NCBI GenBank assembly: GCA_963843375.1
Contig: CAWJKT010000007.1
Span: 1-64,000 of the forward strand
From: an uncultured Pseudomonadota bacterium
GTDB lineage: Bacteria; Oederibacteriota; Muellerivitia; Muellerivitales; Muellerivitaceae
Direction: 5' to 3'
Length of the DNA stretch: 64,000 nucleotides
Position 1 is the stretch's first letter. Every line of letters starts with the position of its first letter. The notes under the pieces were generated by a model. It did not search any database. It was not told where the DNA came from and worked only from the letters and a program-made list of their open reading frames with translations. Below are positions 50,782 to 59,357 of this stretch, in pieces. The position numbers and the translations under genes were made by a program.

Positions 50782-53052
50782 TTATTTGGTTTTCATGACA
50801 AAAACCCCATCCCAATTGCCGCCAGGGGGGTCCTGCTTGAGTTGGGTGCATCTTTTGATAAAAATTTCGGCGGGGCCGTCCTTGGGATCCAAGTCCAAAC
50901 AATTCCTAAAACATTTGACCGCCTCATCCCATTTCTGAGCGCGGTAAAGCGCGAGACCTTCTTGGAAAGCCTTCACTTTCATTTCCTTGGTACCGGCGCC
51001 CTTCAGTCGATGGTCCACCAATTCGTAAATGCGAATGGGTTCATTTTTGCCCTTCACCTTAATCAAGTCCAGTTCGCGGCAAAGCATATCGTTCTTTACC
51101 ACCTCATAAGTACTCTCGGCGATGATGATCTCAACATGATATTCCTTGGTGGTTCCTTCCAGACGGCTCCCCAGATTAACCGCATCACCGATCAGGGTAT
51201 AGCTTTTCATGGACTCAGACCCCACAAACCCAACGACCATCGGCCCGGTATTCAAGCCAACCCCGATCTCAAGCTTTTCCTTCCCTTCCAATTCCCACTT
51301 GGGATGCAAGACGCTATGAAGCAAATCCACCATGCCCAGAGCCGTGCTGCAAGCCCGATAGGGGTGATCCAGTTGGACGGTCGGCGCCCCCCAGAAAGCC
51401 ATGATGGCGTCACCGATGTATTTATCCAAGGTGCCCTCGGTCTGGAAGACCAGGTAAGTCATCTGGGTGAGGTATTCGTTGAGGACTTCAACCACTTCCT
51501 TGGGTGAGTGCTTTTCCGAATAAGTGGTGAAACCTCGAACGTCGGAGAACATGACCGTCAGGTTTTTTTCCTCACCGCCCAGTTCGATGCCGGCCGGGAG
51601 CTTCAGGATTTCCTCCACGACCGAGGGCGCCACCATGGTTTGGAACATTTGTTTCATATAACGGCTATGGCGTACTTCGGTTCGGAACTTATAGGTGGTC
51701 AGCAAGCCGAATGTGAGCACAAGAGCCGCGCAGGGGTAAGCCAGGTTGAGAACATAATTGAGCTGGCCGAAGACCACACAGGCCACGGCGAAATAAATGA
51801 TAAAGGCCAGAACGAACCAAACGGTCCCCATGATGGGTGTTAACCGGGGTATCAGGTACCACATGAGCATGGCCGCGATCACGATAAGAATCAGCGTCGA
51901 ATACTCGGGGGCCTTCACAAGGAAATTTCCCGAGATGGCGTTTTCCAGGATGTTGGCGTTGATATCCATCCCCGGGGCGGTGTGAGTAAAAGGGGTGGGT
52001 CGCAAGTCAAAGAGCCCGGTGGCCGTCGCCCCGAATATCACAATCGAATCCTTTAATTCGGCAGTCTTGACCCGGCCGTTTAAAAAGTCGCAGGCGGAGT
52101 AAGAGGGGAAAGTGGGGGTAGGCGGATCCTTGGCATAATTAATGAAAGGACCGCAAAAATTGATGAGAGACATGCCAAGGTCGTTGACATAAATTTTACG
52201 GTTTCCCACCTGCGCGTAGTCCCCTACGACAAACTTGATCGGATCCTTGGAACCCATGAAGTAACGGGCAATTTGGAGGGATACGTGGGGAATCAGTTTT
52301 CCCTGGTAGCAAAGCACCGTCGGGTAATAACGGTAAATGCCGTCCCAATAGGGGAATACGGTCGTGTGGCCCGAGTCCAGAGTGGATTGCTGGAGCAGGG
52401 GTATGGAAACCAGCAACGACTTGGCGTTGATCAAATCGTCCGTAAAACCGCCAAACAACCCTGCGGGGGTGAAGTGGAGTCTCACCGGGTCCGGGGTAGT
52501 CCCCTCGGTTTCGGAGACATAGGGCTCGATCAGGAGGAAAACATTGCCCGCTTCCTTGATCGCCGCCGCCAATTGGGCGTCCCCATTTTCGGATTCCTGG
52601 AATTTCTTGACATCCCCCAATACCTTTTCCCGGATGGAATGGGCCGTCTTGGAGGAACCATTGATGGAGGACCCCAAAACTTCATCCAGTTGGGCGAGCA
52701 TTTTTTCCTGAGTACGCTCGGGTTCAGGAAAAAAGACGTCATAAAAAATGTATTTTACGCCCGCCTCTTTGAGAAGACGGATGATTTTGGCGTGGATCGC
52801 CCGGGGCCAAGGCCACTGGCCTATTTCCTTCAGGCTTTTTTCATCCACCGTGATCAGTTTGATCGGGGCTTGGGGGACCCTGCTGCCGCGAAGGGTAAAA
52901 CGGAAATCGATTGTTTTATTTTCCAGCAAAACGAAAAATTGAAGATCGCGGTTTTCAAAGGCGAAAAGAAGAAGAATAACCCCAAAGGCCATCCAGAAGG
53001 AGGTGCTTTTCTTGTAATTGACTTTGATTTCTTTGGCCTGAATCTCGGGCAT
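50782..53052 (-). CDS. CHASE2-domain class III adenylate/guanylate cyclase
   Basis: GQWPWPR CHASE2, three TM helices, FSDVRGFT, DKYIGDAIM, GDAVNLGSRLE, C-terminal TPR. Confidence 0.92.
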   Translation of the reverse strand: MPEIQAKEIKVNYKKSTSFWMAFGVILLLFAFENRDLQFFVLLENKTIDFRFTLRGSRVPQAPIKLITVDEKSLKEIGQWPWPRAIHAKIIRLLKEAGVKYIFYDVFFPEPERTQEKMLAQLDEVLGSSINGSSKTAHSIREKVLGDVKKFQESENGDAQLAAAIKEAGNVFLLIEPYVSETEGTTPDPVRLHFTPAGLFGGFTDDLINAKSLLVSIPLLQQSTLDSGHTTVFPYWDGIYRYYPTVLCYQGKLIPHVSLQIARYFMGSKDPIKFVVGDYAQVGNRKIYVNDLGMSLINFCGPFINYAKDPPTPTFPSYSACDFLNGRVKTAELKDSIVIFGATATGLFDLRPTPFTHTAPGMDINANILENAISGNFLVKAPEYSTLILIVIAAMLMWYLIPRLTPIMGTVWFVLAFIIYFAVACVVFGQLNYVLNLAYPCAALVLTFGLLTTYKFRTEVRHSRYMKQMFQTMVAPSVVEEILKLPAGIELGGEEKNLTVMFSDVRGFTTYSEKHSPKEVVEVLNEYLTQMTYLVFQTEGTLDKYIGDAIMAFWGAPTVQLDHPYRACSTALGMVDLLHSVLHPKWELEGKEKLEIGVGLNTGPMVVGFVGSESMKSYTLIGDAVNLGSRLEGTTKEYHVEIIIAESTYEVVKNDMLCRELDLIKVKGKNEPIRIYELVDHRLKGAGTKEMKVKAFQEGLALYRAQKWDEAVKCFRNCLDLDPKDGPAEIFIKRCTQLKQDPPGGNWDGVFVMKTK

Positions 53053-53142
53053 GGCTGCATTCTATGTTTGACCCAACCAAGGGTCAAACAGTTTTGAATT
53101 ATCAGCTTTGGATTTTAAGCGAATATAACAATGATTTGAGGT

Positions 53143-53940
53143 TCAGGAAGACGCCGATCGATATCTTTGAAGGCCCTTCTGCCAGATCCAAACGGTGAAG
53201 GCCATGAACGACAACCCCAAGGCAAATCCGTAAAAAATCCAACCGCTTTCCAGCTTATGAATGAGGACACCGGCGGGAAAATTGGAAACGATCAGCATGG
53301 GGATCACGGTGAGAAGAACCCGGCGGATAAGCCAGGGATAAATGTCCCCGGGATAGCGGGAAAACTGGCCGAATTGCCAGTAAAGCTCCATGAGGTTGTT
53401 GGAGCGCCCGATCCAAAAGGTCCAAACCGACAGGGTGAAAAGCATGGCGTAATAAATGAGGATGCTGTTGACCACGAGAGCGGCGAAAAGAACGGCTTCA
53501 CCCAAGCCCACCGTGGTTCCCATTTTATGAAGGGCGAAAAAGATAACCGCGATTCCGATGGTACTGTTGACCAAGGAGGAATAATCGGTATAACGCAGGG
53601 ATACCAGGAATTGGCTGTTGATGGGCTTGATGAGATTGAAATCCAAGTCGCCCTGGCGGATCTGGTCGGTCAGCCGGGTGCAGTTGTCGTAAAAAAGGGC
53701 CTCAAAAAGCTGAGTGATGACATGATTGGTTCCGGCCAGAACGACCATTTCCCACATGCTCCATCCCGCGATGTCTTTTGTCTGTCCGTATATGACTTTG
53801 ATATAAATAAATTGCATCACGAGCCACATGAATTCCGTGAAAAGGCGGACCAGGAAGTTGGTTTTGAACTGCATTTCCCGAACCAAGCAGTTCTTCATCA
53901 TCAGTCCGGTCAGCCGGAAGTATCTTCCCAAGGTTGTCAT
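53143..53940 (-). CDS. ABC-2-type transporter permease
   Basis: GDLDFNLIKP, YPGDIY; ends YRSASS. Confidence 0.85.
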   Translation of the reverse strand: MTTLGRYFRLTGLMMKNCLVREMQFKTNFLVRLFTEFMWLVMQFIYIKVIYGQTKDIAGWSMWEMVVLAGTNHVITQLFEALFYDNCTRLTDQIRQGDLDFNLIKPINSQFLVSLRYTDYSSLVNSTIGIAVIFFALHKMGTTVGLGEAVLFAALVVNSILIYYAMLFTLSVWTFWIGRSNNLMELYWQFGQFSRYPGDIYPWLIRRVLLTVIPMLIVSNFPAGVLIHKLESGWIFYGFALGLSFMAFTVWIWQKGLQRYRSASS

Positions 53941-53941
53941 T

Positions 53942-54778
53942 TCACCCCCCCACCGCCGAATAACGTTTCAGCCCCAATTTCCACATGAACTGGCTGACGG
54001 TGAAAAAAATCCCGATCCATAAAAACCCGATCCCCAATAACTGGAGCAATTGGCCTTGGGGAACCTTGCCCATCAAAATGACGCAGGGCCAATAACCTTC
54101 ATATCCAAAAGGGGACAGGAATAAAAACTGCTGCATGGACGCGGGTAAAATATTCAGCGGGATCATTTGGCCCGAAAGGAAAAACTCGATCATCATGACC
54201 ACAAAAAGAAAAGTGGAGATTTCCAGGAACCAAAAAGCGAGTATCCCGATCATGAAACAAAAAAGCATGCCGATGGAGAAAGCGATAAACAGCGAAACCA
54301 CAAAGGCCCCCCATTCCCAAATTGTGGGAATGTGGCTGAAAAAATGGCGCATCAGGAAAAAGATGGGCGGAAAAGTAAAAATAGCCACATACCAAAAAAC
54401 CAGTTTGTGGGCCAGCCGATACATCACCTGATACCAGAGGTAATCGATAGGACGGATTAGATAGCGGTTCAAAAGGCCGTCCTTGATGTCCTTGCTGATG
54501 TCGGAAGTCGTTCCGGGAACGCTGGAAAAACCCCTCGCAACATACATAAAAGCGTAATAGGCGATGATATCCTGATAGTTCATTCCACGGATGGTGGTAT
54601 TGGTTTTATATACCGCATACCAAAGAAAAATGGTGGTCACCAGAGGAAGGAAGCGGAAAACGGCCCCGAACACGTAATTGGCCCGGTAGGACATGTCTTC
54701 CTGGGTACGGGTGCTGAGAATGACCCAGTATTTGTGGAATGGGGATTTGGATGCGGTTTCGGCAACAGGAATACCCAT
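53942..54778 (-). CDS. ABC-2-type transporter permease
   Basis: IKDGLLNRYLIRP; ends YSAVGG. Confidence 0.85.
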   Translation of the reverse strand: MGIPVAETASKSPFHKYWVILSTRTQEDMSYRANYVFGAVFRFLPLVTTIFLWYAVYKTNTTIRGMNYQDIIAYYAFMYVARGFSSVPGTTSDISKDIKDGLLNRYLIRPIDYLWYQVMYRLAHKLVFWYVAIFTFPPIFFLMRHFFSHIPTIWEWGAFVVSLFIAFSIGMLFCFMIGILAFWFLEISTFLFVVMMIEFFLSGQMIPLNILPASMQQFLFLSPFGYEGYWPCVILMGKVPQGQLLQLLGIGFLWIGIFFTVSQFMWKLGLKRYSAVGG

Positions 54779-55761
54779 TAATTCTCCGATCCTTTAAAAA
54801 CCTTCTCAATCACTTCCTCGATGGGTACCTCTTCAATATTGATATCGTCCACGTCAAATTGGGTCAATATCTCATTTGAGGCTTTTTTGACGTTGTCACG
54901 CGTGACTTTCAAGATCGCCTTGGCTTTACTATACTCCAGCACTTCCCCCAAGGCGGCCAGTTGTTCCCGGCTGATCCCCCCGGCCTTGAAAGTGACTGAA
55001 ATAAGCTTGGTTTGGGAAAATTTCTCTACAACGTCATCCAACCGCCCATCAAATATTTTTTTGCCATGGTTGATGACGACCACCCTTTCGCAAAGGGCCT
55101 GAATGTCGTTCATATAATGGCTTGTCAGCAGAATCGTTGTTTTCGTGCGCCGGTTGTAATCCTTGATGAACTCCCGGATGTTCTTTTGGGCCACTACGTC
55201 CAAACCAATGGTGGGCTCATCCAGAAACAAGACCCTTGGGCGGTGCAAAAGGGCGGCGATCAACTCGAATTTCATGCGTTCACCGAGTGAAAGTTCGCGA
55301 ACCATGATCCCCAAGAGCTTTTTCACTTGCAAAAGCTCGGTCATTTCATCCAGGACCTGCTTGTAGTCCCCGTCGGAAACACCGTAGATTTCCTTATTAA
55401 GGTAGAGAGATTCTTGGGCTGGCAGGTCCCACCAAAGCTGGTTCTTTTGGCCCATGACCAGGGCGAATTGCCGGCGATATTCGTTTTTTCTTTCCCATGG
55501 CGTAAAGCCCATGACCTTCGCCGTACCGGCGGTGGGAAAAAGGATCCCCGATAGCATTTTTAGAGTGGTGGTCTTTCCCGCGCCATTAGGCCCCAGAAAA
55601 CCAACCAACTCACCTTCCTCGATATTAAAGGAAACCCCATCCACGGCCCTCACCTGGGTGTATTGGCGGTTGAAAAGGCCCCTCACCGCTCCGCCCAAAC
55701 CAGGCAGGCGCTTTTGAGTTTGGTAGATTTTGCTTAAGGTCTCCACTTCAATGATGGGCAT
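54778..55761 (-). CDS. ABC transporter ATP-binding protein
   Basis: GPNGAGKTT, LSLGERMK, LDEPT. Confidence 0.93.
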   Translation of the reverse strand: MPIIEVETLSKIYQTQKRLPGLGGAVRGLFNRQYTQVRAVDGVSFNIEEGELVGFLGPNGAGKTTTLKMLSGILFPTAGTAKVMGFTPWERKNEYRRQFALVMGQKNQLWWDLPAQESLYLNKEIYGVSDGDYKQVLDEMTELLQVKKLLGIMVRELSLGERMKFELIAALLHRPRVLFLDEPTIGLDVVAQKNIREFIKDYNRRTKTTILLTSHYMNDIQALCERVVVINHGKKIFDGRLDDVVEKFSQTKLISVTFKAGGISREQLAALGEVLEYSKAKAILKVTRDNVKKASNEILTQFDVDDINIEEVPIEEVIEKVFKGSEN

Positions 55762-56017
55762 CGGAAGGCGTCCTCTTTCATTTTGGCAAGCGGCACCCTA
55801 TTCATTTACCCGAACTATTAAATTAAGAATAAGGCGGTCCGGTTCTCAATAAATTTTTAAAATCGAGGAACCGGACGGTTATTATAAGAACCGTGTTCCA
55901 AAGAATCCAACCCCTTAAACAAACAAATCCATCGCCGAGACTCCGGGACCGTAAAAAACTTTAGAATGAATTATGTTTTCTCCGTTCCCTTTCGTCTCTA
56001 TGGTAAAGTCTTTGAAA

Positions 56018-56653
56018 ATGTCCAACCCGAAAACTTCCAAAATCATTCACGAACTCCAACGTCTTTATCCCGACACGCGGTGTTTTCTCCACTATAAGAC
56101 CCCCTTCCAACTTCTTTGCGCGGTTATTCTCTCGGCTCAATGCACCGATGAAAGGGTGAACATCGTAGTGCCCGGACTTTTCAAGGTTTTTCCCACACCC
56201 AAAAAACTGGCTAAAGCCAAAATGAAGGACGTGGAAAAACTCATCAAATCCACCGGGTTCTACCACAACAAAGCCAAGAACTTAGTCGGTGCCGCTCAAG
56301 CGCTATTGGGACTGTATAAAGGAAAGATGCCCAAGACCATCGAAAAAATGCTGGAGATTCCGGGCGTTGGACGAAAGACAGCCAATGTGGTCTTGGGGGA
56401 AGTCTATGGCATCTCGGAAGGCATCACCGTGGATACCCATGTAACCCGCCTGAGTAACCGCCTGGGTTGGACCCAACACCAGGACGCCGTCAAAATCGAA
56501 CAGGATTTAATGAGGATTATTCCCAAGGTGGAATGGCTTCATTTCTCCCACCGCTTGATTCAGCACGGCCGCAAAGTCTGCGACGCCCGCAAACCCCTCT
56601 GCAATGTGTGCACCTTGTCAAAATGGTGTCCCTCGGCAAAAGGGATGAACTAA
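56018..56653 (+). CDS. nth: Endonuclease III
   Basis: LSAQCTD, PGVGRKTANV, VDTHV, 4-Cys FeS motif. Confidence 0.95.
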   Translation: MSNPKTSKIIHELQRLYPDTRCFLHYKTPFQLLCAVILSAQCTDERVNIVVPGLFKVFPTPKKLAKAKMKDVEKLIKSTGFYHNKAKNLVGAAQALLGLYKGKMPKTIEKMLEIPGVGRKTANVVLGEVYGISEGITVDTHVTRLSNRLGWTQHQDAVKIEQDLMRIIPKVEWLHFSHRLIQHGRKVCDARKPLCNVCTLSKWCPSAKGMN

Positions 56654-56820
56654 AAAAATTCCGACCTCGCGGTGAAAACCGACCAAGGAGTCGATTTAGG
56701 CGGGAGGTTATTCCCCGTTTCAAATCGTTAAACCGGCGATTCGAAACACTGAATCGAATGATTAGACCATTCAGGCCAATCGGGATAAAATTAACTGAAA
56801 TCGCTTATCTCAAAGGCCCT

Positions 56821-58035
56821 ATGAAATATTACAGATTGTTTACAATCTTAACTGTCTTCCTCATTTGTTGGGCCTTGGAGCAGTCAATTCATTGTTGGTC
56901 ACAGACTCCCACTCCCACCTGCGTGCAATTCACGGACACCTACGGGAGCTCATCGAGCCTGAATAATTACAGCTACTACGACGTGAATTGGAATCCCTCC
57001 ACTGCGGCGGGGCTTTACTACACCGCGGGGACCAACGAATTGGAACAAAACCCCGTGGGCACCACGGGTTATTCGTACTTGACGGTCAACAGCGGCGAAT
57101 TCCCCACGACCCTCTCGAGTTACACCGTGGAAGGGGATTTCATGCTGGGAACCGGAGGCCAGGGAGTTTTCGGACTTGTGTTCCTTTCAACTCCTTCAGC
57201 GGCGGAAGGTTATATCTTCCAGTGGAACGGACTCAATAACCGCTGGGAGATCGAGAAGCAGTATGCCCCCAGCACCTATTACTACGTGGCGACGAATCCC
57301 AACCCGGCCTATACCTTGGGGACTTGGGTCCATTTGGAGGTGGTGGTCTCCGGGGGTGTCATGAACGCTTATGAGACGCCCGAAACGGGTCCTGGGGTGG
57401 GGCTTGGGACGACAGTACAAATCTTCAATGATGTGACGGATCCGGGGACGACCGCGCCTTACACTTCCGGGGCGGTAGGAATCCGCAGTTACAACGTGGT
57501 GGCGGGAAATACCCTGTATGTCGCCAACTTCACCGCTTTTACCTGCCTGCTGACGACCACTCCAACTCTTACCAACACCCCGACCAACACACCCTCTCCC
57601 ACAATAACATTCACTCCGACATTAACCGCTACCGCCACCCCTAGTTCCACGACTACCAACACTCCCACACCCACTCCAACCTTAACACCCTGTGGGTACC
57701 CCGGGAACACCTGCACCCCCACCAACACACCCACGCCCACACCCATACCGCAGGACCTCTTTTACATCTCGGAAAATTCCTTCACCGCTTCCAACCCGGT
57801 TTCAATCGAGGTGGTTTACACTGAATATCCTGGGCCCTTTAACCTGATGATCTACAACTCGGCGGGGGAACATGTCCGCACCCTGGTTTCCCAACAGTTA
57901 ACCGCCCCCGTCAGCCAATGGTATAGCTGGAATGGAATCAATAAGTATGGAGATAAATGCGCGAGCGGGGTTTACATTATTTATTTGACCGAACCCTTCA
58001 GTTTTAAAGTAAAAAGGGTCATCCTCATAAAATAG
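56821..58035 (+). CDS. Exported protein with beta-sandwich domain, Pro/Thr linker and FlgD-Ig-like C-terminal domain
   Basis: Signal peptide; TPT repeats at about 57553-57750; IYNSAGEHVRTL...WNG.N..G...ASGVYI. Confidence 0.75.
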   Translation: MKYYRLFTILTVFLICWALEQSIHCWSQTPTPTCVQFTDTYGSSSSLNNYSYYDVNWNPSTAAGLYYTAGTNELEQNPVGTTGYSYLTVNSGEFPTTLSSYTVEGDFMLGTGGQGVFGLVFLSTPSAAEGYIFQWNGLNNRWEIEKQYAPSTYYYVATNPNPAYTLGTWVHLEVVVSGGVMNAYETPETGPGVGLGTTVQIFNDVTDPGTTAPYTSGAVGIRSYNVVAGNTLYVANFTAFTCLLTTTPTLTNTPTNTPSPTITFTPTLTATATPSSTTTNTPTPTPTLTPCGYPGNTCTPTNTPTPTPIPQDLFYISENSFTASNPVSIEVVYTEYPGPFNLMIYNSAGEHVRTLVSQQLTAPVSQWYSWNGINKYGDKCASGVYIIYLTEPFSFKVKRVILIK

Positions 58036-58161
58036 CTTTATTGTTCCTCGAAGCCGATTCGACTCAATAATTGGCAAAATCCGCTTTAATTTGGGCCTTG
58101 TTTTTGGAAGCCAGTCACGTGTTAAAATAGTTTCGTCAATCTTCCAAAAGGATCGTTCGAA

Positions 58162-58488
58162 ATGAAGCACATCCAAAACGACTTCATGCGGGTTCAACTT
58201 CAAAACGCCATGTTATCCCAAGAGTTGGCGGAATCCGCGAAACTTCGGCAAGCCGAGAGGGCGCGGGCCAAGGCCGCAGATGCCGTTGAAAAGCTTCATG
58301 ATCAAACCAATGACCAAGCGGTAAATAAAGTAAAGGGATTAACCGAGGAAAAATCAGGCGAGCAAAAAGAACGTCCCCAAGGCTCCCGGACATGGCGCTA
58401 TCGCCCGGATGGAACCATCGAGGAAGAGGGCGGCAACGCGGGAAATTCCGCCACCTTTAATATTCCCCGAATCGATATCAAAACCTAA
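58162..58488 (+). CDS. Hypothetical protein
   Basis: AAGGA RBS; charged helical ORF filling the gap between genes. Confidence 0.5.
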   Translation: MKHIQNDFMRVQLQNAMLSQELAESAKLRQAERARAKAADAVEKLHDQTNDQAVNKVKGLTEEKSGEQKERPQGSRTWRYRPDGTIEEEGGNAGNSATFNIPRIDIKT

Positions 58489-58507
58489 ACTAGCCTTTAG
58501 CTTTTAT

Positions 58508-59248
58508 TTAATCTCCGTTCATCCCTGTTCCCGAACCGCTTGGCGATCCAGAGCCCAGGTGATGTCTTCCATGATGTCCTCCCCTTTTTGCGCCCGGGGT
58601 CGTCGTCGCGCTGGGTTTCGCGACAGGCAAGGTTTCAACCTCCTCGGTTCCTGTTCTTAACAAGTCATCCCCAAGCGCCCCATTAGCGTCACACGAATGA
58701 TAGTGGCCGTCATCCAGGAAAACTTGAAACCCGTTCGAAACATTGGGGTCCTGCCACCACCAGAAACCCTGATCGAAATAAAGCCAGCGCTGGGTGTAGC
58801 TATCATGCCACCAAAAGCGTCCCGACCGCCAAAGGATCCAATGAAAGCTTCCACCGGTGTGCCACCCATACCAATCCCGATTACCTTCCCGACAGTGGCA
58901 ATAGTCCCAACCCTTGAAAGGATGCCAATAATATCTCCCTGATGACTTGTCCATTTTGTTGACCACCGGAATTTGCTGCAGAGTTTGGTGATCGGTCAGG
59001 TCCATTAAGGCGGGGCCTCGGGGAGCCGTGTCTTCGTCATTGGTGAGATTCATGGCAATGCCTTCCACTTTGTGGGGAGGACGAGGAAGGGTATAGAAGG
59101 TTTTATCCGGGATTTTTTCTTGGGGACTCAGGACCAGGGGCTTGGCCATCGTAGGCGTGGAAGTCTCGGTGGGAATAAGGTCATAAGCAAAAGCGGTCCC
59201 GGTTCCCCACAGAAGCAAAGCCGTCCCTACCCAAAACCCGCCGCCCAT
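58508..59248 (-). CDS. Hypothetical exported Trp-rich protein
   Basis: AAGGAG RBS, AFA signal cleavage site, Trp/Tyr/His-rich core. Confidence 0.6.
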   Translation of the reverse strand: MGGGFWVGTALLLWGTGTAFAYDLIPTETSTPTMAKPLVLSPQEKIPDKTFYTLPRPPHKVEGIAMNLTNDEDTAPRGPALMDLTDHQTLQQIPVVNKMDKSSGRYYWHPFKGWDYCHCREGNRDWYGWHTGGSFHWILWRSGRFWWHDSYTQRWLYFDQGFWWWQDPNVSNGFQVFLDDGHYHSCDANGALGDDLLRTGTEEVETLPVAKPSATTTPGAKRGGHHGRHHLGSGSPSGSGTGMNGD

Positions 59249-59357
59249 GGAATCTCCTTTGAAAACAGACTCGGTTTTTGGACGCCCCCGCGCCGATAAA
59301 AGAGTTAGCCTTTTTGAGGTTAAAACTTGACACATAAAGCAAAAGTCATGCGTCTAG

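Noticed and set aside
50719..53988. Long plus-strand ORFs opposite the cyclase and ABC genes
   Set aside because: Antisense shadows with no motifs; the same applies to most other overlapping short ORFs in the track.
55837..55876. 9-bp inverted repeat in the ABC/nth divergent region
   Set aside because: A single short IR with no cognate regulator; too weak to call.
57553..57750. Tandem DNA repeat
   Set aside because: Explained by the Pro/Thr linker coding sequence.
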